This document shows positions 9,144 through 17,328 of a DNA stretch of 64,000 bases, in pieces. The stretch comes from Thermoplasmata archaeon (GTDB taxonomy: Archaea; Thermoplasmatota; Thermoplasmata; Lutacidiplasmatales; UBA184). The first letter of the stretch is position 1. Each line of letters begins with the position of its first letter. Both the position numbers and the translations under genes were made by a program. The notes beneath the pieces were generated by a model. The model saw nothing but the letters and a program-made list of their open reading frames with translations. It ran no database searches and was not told the DNA's origin. Where the stretch lies: contig JBJKRJ010000001.1 in assembly GCA_046704665.1 (NCBI GenBank), positions 57,255 through 121,254 on the forward strand, written 5' to 3'.

Positions 9144-10430
9144 ATGTGGGAGTGGATCGTCCCGGCCCTCGTCTTCGCGGTCGGTCTCGTGCCGGTCTCC
9201 TACTTCCTCGTGAACGCCCGGCTCTCCCGCCGACGTAGCCGCAGTCGGCGCGTCCTTCCGGCCCCCCCCTCCGACGTCACGATCGTCGTCCCGGTCCACG
9301 CCGAACCGGTCGATTCGTTCCGGGACACGATCCGCTCGCTGGCCCGGCAAGGCTGCCGAGTGGTCGTGGTCGGGGACGGGTGCGACGCGCCGTACCGCTC
9401 CCTGGCCGCACGTGAGGGAGCGGAGTTCGTCGCGCTCGCGATGCGGGGAGGAAAGAAGCGCGCGCTCGCCGCGGGCGTTCGCGAGGTCCGCACCCCCTAC
9501 GTGGTGTTCGTCGACAGCGACACGATCCTGCCGGACGGTGCGGTGGAGACCCTCTCGACCTACTTCGAAGAAAGGGTGGGGGGCGTCGGCGCGAACCTCT
9601 ACGTGCAACGGACGGGAACGATCGCCGCGGGCTCGGCGGAGTTCTTCGAGCGCTCGCGGGAGGTCGTCCTGCGCGCGATGTCCTCGCGGGGGAACGTCCT
9701 CTACCTGGACGGGGCCTGCATGATGTTCCGCACCGAGCTGATCCGGTCGTTCGTCGCCTCCGACGAGTTCCTCGACCTCCGGGTCCTGGGGCGACCGACC
9801 CGGCTGGGCGACGACTGGCTGCTCACCGACCACGTGCTCGACCAGGGGTACCGCACGGTGAAGGCCTACGATGTCGGAGCGATCACTCAGGCTCCGGCGA
9901 GCCTCGCCGATCTCGCCCAGAAGAACGCCCGATGGGCGCGATCGAGCTGGATCCGGTTCGGTCGGTACGTCCGCGGACAAGGACCGAAGCACGCGGGCCT
10001 CTTCTACCGCTGGGAGCTCCTCGCGACCTACGCCCTTCCAATCATCTCGCTCGCCCTGCTCCTCGCGCGCCTACCCGAGCTGATCCACGGGGTCAGCGTC
10101 GGCTTCGACCACGCGGTGCACCTGATCTCCCGCGGCGCCGCTCGGTGGGACCTCTGGGCCCGGTTCGGTTCGCCGGACCGGCTCTTCTTCGCCACCCAGA
10201 CCGTGACCGGTCTGGTCGGCACCGGCTCGTTCGTGGAGGCGGTGGCCGGTCGGCTCCCCCGACACACGCGGCTCCGGACGCTCATGTGCGGGGCCATCAG
10301 TTCCGGCGTGCTCTTCGTGATGATGATCTACGGGCTCCTGACGTTCTGGCAATCGCCTTCGTGGAGGGAGGACGAGAGTCCGTTGGCGGAGATCGGACGC
10401 TCCTCCCCCGGCGTCTTCGACCACGTCTGA
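9144..10430 (+). CDS. Processive family-2 glycosyltransferase (CesA/NodC/HAS-like synthase) with C-terminal TM segments
   Basis: N-terminal TM helix, 'VVVGDGCD', DxD 'FVDSDTILP', 'GACMMFRTE' and the QxxRW motif 'QKNARW'. Further TM helices follow the catalytic domain. Confidence 0.75.
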   Translation: MWEWIVPALVFAVGLVPVSYFLVNARLSRRRSRSRRVLPAPPSDVTIVVPVHAEPVDSFRDTIRSLARQGCRVVVVGDGCDAPYRSLAAREGAEFVALAMRGGKKRALAAGVREVRTPYVVFVDSDTILPDGAVETLSTYFEERVGGVGANLYVQRTGTIAAGSAEFFERSREVVLRAMSSRGNVLYLDGACMMFRTELIRSFVASDEFLDLRVLGRPTRLGDDWLLTDHVLDQGYRTVKAYDVGAITQAPASLADLAQKNARWARSSWIRFGRYVRGQGPKHAGLFYRWELLATYALPIISLALLLARLPELIHGVSVGFDHAVHLISRGAARWDLWARFGSPDRLFFATQTVTGLVGTGSFVEAVAGRLPRHTRLRTLMCGAISSGVLFVMMIYGLLTFWQSPSWREDESPLAEIGRSSPGVFDHV

Positions 10431-10544
10431 GGCGCCACCGGACCGCCGGGGCCCCGCGCGACCCCCTCGCCCCGGGACCGGAGGGGGCTGGCGCCTCCTC
10501 CGCAGGGATTAACCGGAGGAAGTACCTCCCGGTGGTCGCGGTCC

Positions 10545-11333
10545 GTGAGCGACGTCCTCCTCGGCACGAGCGGCTGGGACTATCCCGAGTGGGTCGGCCG
10601 CGTCTATCCGCCCCGCGGCATCAAGGACCGGCTGCCGTACTACGCGAAGATGTTCTCGATCGTCGAGGTCAACTCGACGTTCTATCGATTGCCGCCGCCC
10701 GGCGTGGCGGCATCCTGGGTGCGCCGCACCCCGGCGAAGTTCCGTTTCGCGGCGAAGTTCCCCCAGACGATCACGCACGACCTCCGTCTGGTCGGGACCG
10801 ATGAGGAGCTCGCCCGGTTCCTGACCGTGCTGAAACCGATCCGGGAGGCAGGCAAGTTCGCCGCGGCCCTGCTCCAGCTGCCGCCGTCGCTCCCGTTCGA
10901 GGCCGCGACGGTCCGGCGCTTCTACGAGACGCTGCCCCAGGACCTCCCGGTCGCGGTCGAGTTCCGCGAGCGTTCCTGGCTCGTTCCCGAGTCGTACGCG
11001 CTCCTCCGGGAGTTCGGCCTCGCCCATGCGATCGTGGACGGTCCCCACCTCCCGATCGCGCTCGAGGTGACGGCCCCGTTCGCCTACGTGCGATGGCACG
11101 GGCACGGCAGCCCGCTCTGGTACGACTACGCCTACTCCGCGCCCGAGCTCCTCGCCTGGGTCCCCCGGGTCCGCACGCTCACGGAGAACGTGGCGACCGT
11201 CTACGGGTTCTTCAACAACCACTTCCGCGGGGACGCGGCCGTGAACTGTCGCACGCTCTCCGAGGAGCTCGGGCTCCCTCCGCCCTCCGGGAGCGGTCGT
11301 CTCGACGCCTCGTCGCTCGCCCGGGACGACTAG
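10545..11333 (+). CDS. DUF72 family protein (YecE-like)
   Basis: 'LLGTSGWDYPEWVGRVYPP...LPYYAKMFSIVEVNSTFYRLP' is the canonical DUF72 N-terminus. Confidence 0.8.
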   Translation: MSDVLLGTSGWDYPEWVGRVYPPRGIKDRLPYYAKMFSIVEVNSTFYRLPPPGVAASWVRRTPAKFRFAAKFPQTITHDLRLVGTDEELARFLTVLKPIREAGKFAAALLQLPPSLPFEAATVRRFYETLPQDLPVAVEFRERSWLVPESYALLREFGLAHAIVDGPHLPIALEVTAPFAYVRWHGHGSPLWYDYAYSAPELLAWVPRVRTLTENVATVYGFFNNHFRGDAAVNCRTLSEELGLPPPSGSGRLDASSLARDD

Positions 11334-11433
11334 GAACGCCCCGTTCCCGGCCCGTTTCACTCTCCCCCGAACCGCCGCTTTAGAGCGCCCCGGCCGCTCG
11401 AGGTACGGAGGCCGGGAGCTACCGGGACCTTTC

Positions 11434-12318
11434 ATGTTGGACGACGAACCGCTGGCGCCGGCATGGCCGGTCGAGGGATCGGAGGAGTCCGAGCCCCTCC
11501 TACCGTTTCCCCGGGAGCTCCCGACCCCGTCCGCCCGTTCGGTCCGCCCCTCCTTCGGGCTCCGGCGCGTGGCGCGGCCCCCGCGGGTCCGTGCCGCGCC
11601 GCTCCTTCCCTCCGAACCGGCGTTCTTCCCCTGGCTGGCGCGCCGCTTCGCGCCGGGCGAGGTGACGCTCTGGGTCGGTCCCGGCGTGGCGGTGGAGCCG
11701 GTCCTCGAGCTCCTCTACGCGGGGAACGCCGTGGTCCGGGGTCGGCTCTCGCTCCTCGAAGGGGCGAACCGGTTCCACCCGTACCGGATCGGGGAGCTCG
11801 GCCGTGCGTTCGGGGTGGACGCGACCCGCACGCTGCAAGGGATCCGTCTCGCCCGTGCGTTCACCGCCTACCAGATGGTCGCCCTCGTCGACGGGTGGGC
11901 GAGCGAGGCGCGCCGGCATTCCCCGACCCTCCTCGTCGGCCACGACCTCCCGGCGCTCTTCACCGCCGACGAGGTCCCCCCCGAGGAGCGGACGGCGCTC
12001 CTTCGCCACGTCGCCCGCGGGCTCGCCCTCCTCCTTCGCGCGACCCGCCTTCCGCTCCTCCTCACGCTCGGACCCGGCGGGGCGGAGGGGTTCCCCGGCC
12101 TCGCCGACGAAGGCCCTCGCTGGTCGGACCTCATCACGTTCACCCGCGGTCCGTCGACCCTGCGCCTCCGCTCGTTCCGGGACGATGCGCGCATGACGCT
12201 CGTCCCGCGCCCCACGGGCCAGAAAGGCCTCCACGAGTTCGGCGACGTTTCCGCCGAGGAGGTGATCGCGTGGGCCGTACCGCCCCGACGTACCGCCAGG
12301 CGCTCGAGGAGCGGATGA
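11434..12318 (+). CDS. Hypothetical protein with RecA/RadB-like layout but degenerate Walker A ('GPGVAVEP', no Lys)
   Basis: 'TLWVGPGVAVEPVLELLYAG' aligns by eye with 'IxExxGxxGxGKTQ'. Walker-B-like 'YQMVALVDGWAS'. Codon usage is coding-like. The stop overlaps the downstream ATG as ATGA. Confidence 0.3.
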   Translation: MLDDEPLAPAWPVEGSEESEPLLPFPRELPTPSARSVRPSFGLRRVARPPRVRAAPLLPSEPAFFPWLARRFAPGEVTLWVGPGVAVEPVLELLYAGNAVVRGRLSLLEGANRFHPYRIGELGRAFGVDATRTLQGIRLARAFTAYQMVALVDGWASEARRHSPTLLVGHDLPALFTADEVPPEERTALLRHVARGLALLLRATRLPLLLTLGPGGAEGFPGLADEGPRWSDLITFTRGPSTLRLRSFRDDARMTLVPRPTGQKGLHEFGDVSAEEVIAWAVPPRRTARRSRSG

Positions 12319-12533
12319 AGCGCTGGGACGAGTTCGCGCGCCTCCTCACGACACCGGAGGAACGCGCCGCGTTCGACCTCGTCCGCACCGGGGCCCGACG
12401 CTACGCCGCCCAGGCGACGTACGTCGGAAGCCCCGACCTCCTCGAATCGATCCTCCTCTCGGTCCTCACCGACCTCGCCGCGCGGATCCGGGCGGAACCG
12501 CTCGAGCGGGCCGAACGGGCGGCCCGACGCTAG
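12270..12533 (+). CDS. Small helical protein (87 aa from GTG, or 72 aa from the ATG at 12315), unknown function
   Basis: 'GGAGGTGA' SD 5 nt before the GTG at 12270. Ends 4 nt before the PolB start. The N-terminal part of ORF call 11463..12533 is low-complexity and was discounted. Confidence 0.3.
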   Translation: MGRTAPTYRQALEERMKRWDEFARLLTTPEERAAFDLVRTGARRYAAQATYVGSPDLLESILLSVLTDLAARIRAEPLERAERAARR

Positions 12534-12537
12534 GACC

Positions 12538-14874
12538 GTGGACGGATCGGCCCGGACGCCCGACGGCTGGCTCCTCGACGTCACCGAGAGCGCGGACGGC
12601 CGCTCGGTCGTCCTCTGGGTGAAGTCGCGACGGACCGGGCGCGTCCGGAGGACCGCCGTGGAGTACCGCCCTCCGTTCCTCGTCGGAGGATCGCGCGCGG
12701 CGCTCACCGACCTCGCGCATCATCTCCGAACGCTCCCGACGGTCGCGGAGGTCACGCTCGCGTCGGGAGCTCCGTCGCTCTTCGACCGGCGGGTCCGCCC
12801 GGTCCTCACGGTCACTCCCGAGCGCAACCCGGTCCGCCGCACGCTCGCCCGGACCGTCGATGCGTTCGGCCGCTACGAGTCGTTCACGCTGTACGACGTC
12901 GACCTCGGCCCGCCGCAGCTCTACCACCTTTCCCACGCGCTCTATCCGTTCGCCCCGGTCGTCGGCACGGGCGCGTCGCTCGTCGCGACCGAGCCCGCCG
13001 AAACGATCGACTACGTCCCGCCGCCCCTCCGTTCGGCCCCGTTCGAGGTCCGCATCGCCGGCGAGCGACGGGGCCGCATCCCGCCGCCGTCCGGCCGCAT
13101 CGGTTCGGTGCGGCTCGGCGAGGCGACGCTCGAGGGGTCGGACGAGGGGGAGCTCCTGCGTGCGCTCGGGAGCGAGCTCGCGCGAAGCGACCCGGATCTC
13201 CTCCTGACGCAGGGCGGGGACTCGTTCGACCTTCCGTGGCTGTACCGGCGGGCGGCCGCGTGCGGGCTCGGGCCGGAGGAGTTCGCGCTCGGGCGGGAGC
13301 GGGTCGGCTTCGCGCCGGCCCGGCCCGGCCGCTCGTTCGAGTCGTACGGTCGGGTCCTCCATCGCTCGGCGCTGTATCCCGTTCCCGGTCGGTTCCACAT
13401 CGACCGGGAGAACTCCTTCCTCTACCGGGACGCGGAGATCGCCGGCCTGGTCGACGCGTCACGTCTCTCCCGGCTCTCTCTCCAGACCGTGGTACGCCAG
13501 TCCCCGGGGACCTGCTTCACGGCGATGGAGATGGCCCACGCCCTCGCGCTCGGGGCGCACGTCCCGTGGAAGAAGAACCGCCCCGAGGAGTTCCGGCGCG
13601 GCGACCGCCTGGTCGTCGCCGACCGGGGCGGGGTGATCTTCCTTCCCCCGGTCGGGCTCCACGACGCGGTCGAGGAGTTCGACTTCGCGAGCCTCTACCC
13701 GCACATCATGGTGCGGAAGAACCTCTCCGCCGAGACCCTCGAGTGCCGGTGCTGTCCCCGGAGCCCGATCCGTGCCCCCGGCCTCGGCTACCGCTCCTGC
13801 ACGCGACGGGTCGGTCTCATCCCCCGCACGCTCGCCCCTCTCCTCGCCCGGCGGCTCGCCTACAAGGCGGCGCTGAAGCGGCCGGGGATCCCCGCCGAGG
13901 AGGCAACCGAGCTCCGCCGGCGGGTCCGGATGCTCAAGTGGATCCTCGTCACCGCGTTCGGCTACCAGGGCTACCGGAACGCCCGCTTCGGGCGGATCGA
14001 GTGCCACGAGGCGATCAATGCCTACGCGCGCGCGCTCCTCGCCGCGCTCCTTCCCGAGGCCGAGCGCGCCGGCTACTCGGTCCTCCACGGGATCGTCGAT
14101 TCGCTCTGGCTGCGCCCTCTCGACCCTGCGCACCCGCCGGACGCCGAGTCGTTCGCCGAGAGGATGAGCGAGCGGTTCGACCTCCCGCTCGGCTACGAGG
14201 GCCGCTACCGCTGGATCGTCTTTCTGCCGGCGGTGACGCACGGCCTCGGGGTCCCGAACCGGTACTACGGTCTCTACGAGAACGGGGAGTACAAGCTCCG
14301 CGGGATCGGGGGCCGACGGCACGACACGACCGGTCTCGTCCGCCGGTTCGAGAGCGAGGTCCTCGCGCTCTTCCGGCGCGCGCGGAACGCCGAGCAGCTG
14401 CGCGCGCTCCTCCCGCGGGCCCTCGCGCGCGCCGACCTCCTCGCCGCGCGCCTCCGGGCCGGGGACTGGCCCGTCGAGGAGCTCCTCGTGAGCCACCGGA
14501 TCGGCCAGGCACCGCAGGCGTTCGTGACGTTCACCGACTCGGTCGCCGCCCTCCGCCAGCTCGCCGAGGCCGGGGCGCCGCGCGAGGCGGGCGAACTGGT
14601 CCGGTTCGTCCTCCTCGACCGGCGGAACCGCTCGTTCCGCCACCGTGTCCGGGTCGCCGAGCTCCTCACCGGCTCCGAACGGTACGACGTCGACGCCTAC
14701 CTCGAGCTCCTCGCCCGGGACGCCGAGACCCTCCTCGCCCCGTTCGGGATCGACCGGGCGACCCTCCTCGCACGGTGGGGCGCCGGAGCGCCTCCCGAGC
14801 GGGCCGCGTACCGTTCGCCCGAAGGGGCGTCCCAATCGGAGCTGCCGTTTGTGGCCGGGACCACCGGTACCTGA
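12538..14874 (+). CDS. Family-B DNA polymerase homologue with disrupted catalytic motifs (predicted polymerase-inactive; PolB2-like)
   Basis: Motif A 'DFASLYPHIM' is intact. Motif B 'KWILVTAFGYQGY' has lost the N and Y of KxxxNSxYG. Motif C 'HGIVDS' has Ile in place of the first Asp of YGDTDS. Exo II 'GGDSFDLPWL' is present. Exo I 'FEVRIA' has lost the Glu of FDIET. The Cys cluster 'ECRCCPRS...YRSC' after motif A is as in archaeal PolBs. Confidence 0.8.
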   Translation: MDGSARTPDGWLLDVTESADGRSVVLWVKSRRTGRVRRTAVEYRPPFLVGGSRAALTDLAHHLRTLPTVAEVTLASGAPSLFDRRVRPVLTVTPERNPVRRTLARTVDAFGRYESFTLYDVDLGPPQLYHLSHALYPFAPVVGTGASLVATEPAETIDYVPPPLRSAPFEVRIAGERRGRIPPPSGRIGSVRLGEATLEGSDEGELLRALGSELARSDPDLLLTQGGDSFDLPWLYRRAAACGLGPEEFALGRERVGFAPARPGRSFESYGRVLHRSALYPVPGRFHIDRENSFLYRDAEIAGLVDASRLSRLSLQTVVRQSPGTCFTAMEMAHALALGAHVPWKKNRPEEFRRGDRLVVADRGGVIFLPPVGLHDAVEEFDFASLYPHIMVRKNLSAETLECRCCPRSPIRAPGLGYRSCTRRVGLIPRTLAPLLARRLAYKAALKRPGIPAEEATELRRRVRMLKWILVTAFGYQGYRNARFGRIECHEAINAYARALLAALLPEAERAGYSVLHGIVDSLWLRPLDPAHPPDAESFAERMSERFDLPLGYEGRYRWIVFLPAVTHGLGVPNRYYGLYENGEYKLRGIGGRRHDTTGLVRRFESEVLALFRRARNAEQLRALLPRALARADLLAARLRAGDWPVEELLVSHRIGQAPQAFVTFTDSVAALRQLAEAGAPREAGELVRFVLLDRRNRSFRHRVRVAELLTGSERYDVDAYLELLARDAETLLAPFGIDRATLLARWGAGAPPERAAYRSPEGASQSELPFVAGTTGT

Positions 14875-15015
14875 TACGCCCCCGCTCGGTCGACCCGGCG
14901 TGCGCCGCCGCTCCGACCGGACCGGACGCCCCCGTCGCCTTCCCCCGCCGAGCCTGCGGGCTCCTCGGGACTCCTCCCGTTCCGCGTCCGAGCGCGCGGC
15001 CGCGATCCGGGAGAG

Positions 15016-16390
15016 CGTGACCGTAGGGTACCCGACCGACCTGGGCCCGCTCCTCGTCGCGCTGTCGGACCCGGTCGCCGGGGTCCGTCAGACCGCCGCG
15101 ATCGCGCTCGGCATGCTCCGCGACCCCCGCGCCCGGACGACCCTCGAGACCGTGCTCACCGATCCGGACGTGTCGGTCCGTGCGTCGGCGGCGGAGGCGC
15201 TCGGGGCGATCGGGCACGTCGGGAGCTGCGCGGCCCTGGAGACGGCCCTTGCCGACCGGGAACCGGCCGTACGGGCCGGGGCCGCCCGCGCCCTGGCGAG
15301 CATCGCGCGCCCCGGCTCGGTCGCGAGCCTCAAGCGGCATGTGCACGACCCGTCGCCCGAGGTCCGTCGCGCGGTCGCCGGGGCGCTCGGACGGATCGCC
15401 TCCGACGAAGCGCTCGACGTCCTCCACGGGATGCTGCGGGACCGTTACGACCGGGTGCGCCGGGAGACGGTCTTCGCCCTCGGGCGTCGTGGCACGCCGG
15501 AGGAGCTCGCGACCCTCCGGGCGCTCCTCGACGACCCGTCCCGCCGCGTCCGGGTGGCGGCGGCGATCGTGCTGGGCCGCCACCGCGACCGTCCGAGCGT
15601 GCCGGCGCTGCTCGGGCGCCTCGAGGAACCCGCGACCTGGGAGAAGCCGGCGGTCCTCGTGGCGCTCGGCCGGATCGGGGCGCCCGAGGCGGTCCCGGCG
15701 CTCGTGACGTTCAGCGACCACTCCGCCCACTGGATCCGCGTCTGCGCGATCCACGCGCTCGGCGAGATGCGGGCCGCCGAGGCCCGCACGGTCGCCCGCG
15801 CCCATCTGAAGGACCCGGCGTGGGCGGTGCGCGGCGCGGCCGCGACGGCGCTCGGCGAGGTCGGAAGGTCCGACGACCTCACCGCGCTCCTCGGGCGGTT
15901 GCGCGACGAGCATCCGTGGCCCCGGCGGGGGGCGATCTACGCGCTCGGCCGTCTCGGCCTGAGCGAGGCCGCCCCCCAGATCCGGGAGGAGCTCCAGGAC
16001 CCGGCCGCCGAGGTCCGGCTGGCGGCGGTCTGGGCGCTCGGCCGCCTCGAGGACGACGGGGCCCGGGACGAGCTCGCGAGGATGCTCCACGAGTTCCGCC
16101 CCGGGGGGCCGCTCGACCCCGCGTCGAACGGTGACGACGCCCTCGTCTCGGACACCACAGGCCGGGTCTTCGATGCCCTGGTGCAGGCGCTCGGCCGTCT
16201 CGCGCACGGGACCCCGGACCCGCTCGTGCGCCGGGCGCTCCTGGACGCCCGCCGCCGCCTGAGCGACGACGAGCTCGATCGCGCGGCCCGTCTCCCGATG
16301 CCCGAGGTCGAGGTCGACCGCGCCCCGCCGACCGTCCGTCATCTCTTTGAGGTTGCGCTCCCCGGCCCCGCCGAGGACGAGGAGCCGTGA
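15016..16390 (+). CDS. HEAT-repeat (PBS-lyase-like) protein, paralog 2
   Basis: Same repeat architecture as 7665..9092 ('DPDVSVRASAAEALGAIG', 'DPSPEVRRAVAGALGRIA', and others). Start uncertain: GTG 15016 proposed; the 14645 ORF start overlaps the PolB 3' end and is low-complexity. Confidence 0.6.
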
Positions 16391-17328
16391 ACGTACGTGA
16401 CCTCCGCGCGCATGACGCTCCCGATCTGCTCCGGTTCCTCCAGAACTACTTCCCGGAAGAGGAGGCGCTCCTCGGGACCCGTCCCGAGGGATTCCAGAAG
16501 GTCGTTCAGCGGATCTTTCGCTGGGACAGCCGGCTCATTCTCGGTGTGCTGCGGCTCTTCGGACGACCGTTGTTCCGATTCTTCGTCGTCGACGACGGAG
16601 GCCGCGTCGTCGCGACCACCCTGCTGACGTTTCCGAAGGAGGCGGGCTACCTCAGCATGGTCGTCGTCGATGCGAGCTACCGTCGGCGCGGGATCGCCCG
16701 GGAGCTCCTCGAACGAGCGCGGAAGGCGACCCGGAAACGCGGGAAGCGGTTCCTCGCGCTCGACGTCCTCGCCGCCAACGCCCCCGCGCGGACCCTCTAC
16801 GAGCGGGAGGGGTACCGACTACTGCGCACCACGGGCTACTTCGTCCACGACCACCCCGACGCCCTCCGCCCCGCCCCGGCGGTGGTCCCGGGATTGCGCC
16901 CGTTCGAGCGTCGGGATGCCCGGGCGCTCGCCGCGATCGCCCGACGCGGACGGCCGGCCGCCCTGAACGAGGTCCTGCCGATGACCGAGCGGGAGCTCAC
17001 GGGCTCTTCCTGGGAGGGACAGTTGCTGGCGAGCTCGATGGCGGCGTGGGTCCTCGACGACGGCTCCGGTGCCGTCGCCTGGATCTCGGCCGCCGTGAGC
17101 AGCGCCACCGCAGCCGGTCACATCGCGAGCCCGATCATCGACCCGAGCGTAGCACCCGCGAGGGCGGAGGGCCTGGTGCGGACCGCCGGCGCCTGGTGCG
17201 CGGAGCGAGGGGTCGCCCGGCTCCTCACGATGACGCCCGAGGAGAACGCTCGCGGCCGGGCCGCCCTCGAGGCGACGGGGTTCCGTCATGCGATACCGGT
17301 CCTCACCCTCTCCCGACCCGTCGACTGA
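16387..17328 (+). CDS. GNAT family N-acetyltransferase (two-lobed)
   Basis: Acetyl-CoA-binding motif 'VVVDASYRRRGIARELLERA'. The GTGA start overlaps the HEAT paralog 2 stop. Confidence 0.7.
   Translation: MNVRDLRAHDAPDLLRFLQNYFPEEEALLGTRPEGFQKVVQRIFRWDSRLILGVLRLFGRPLFRFFVVDDGGRVVATTLLTFPKEAGYLSMVVVDASYRRRGIARELLERARKATRKRGKRFLALDVLAANAPARTLYEREGYRLLRTTGYFVHDHPDALRPAPAVVPGLRPFERRDARALAAIARRGRPAALNEVLPMTERELTGSSWEGQLLASSMAAWVLDDGSGAVAWISAAVSSATAAGHIASPIIDPSVAPARAEGLVRTAGAWCAERGVARLLTMTPEENARGRAALEATGFRHAIPVLTLSRPVD

Noticed and set aside
11463-12269. N-terminal ~270 aa of ORF call 11463..12533
   Set aside because: Arg/Pro/Gly-rich junk overlapping the better-behaved 11434 frame. Only the last 72-87 codons (12270..12533) look genuine.
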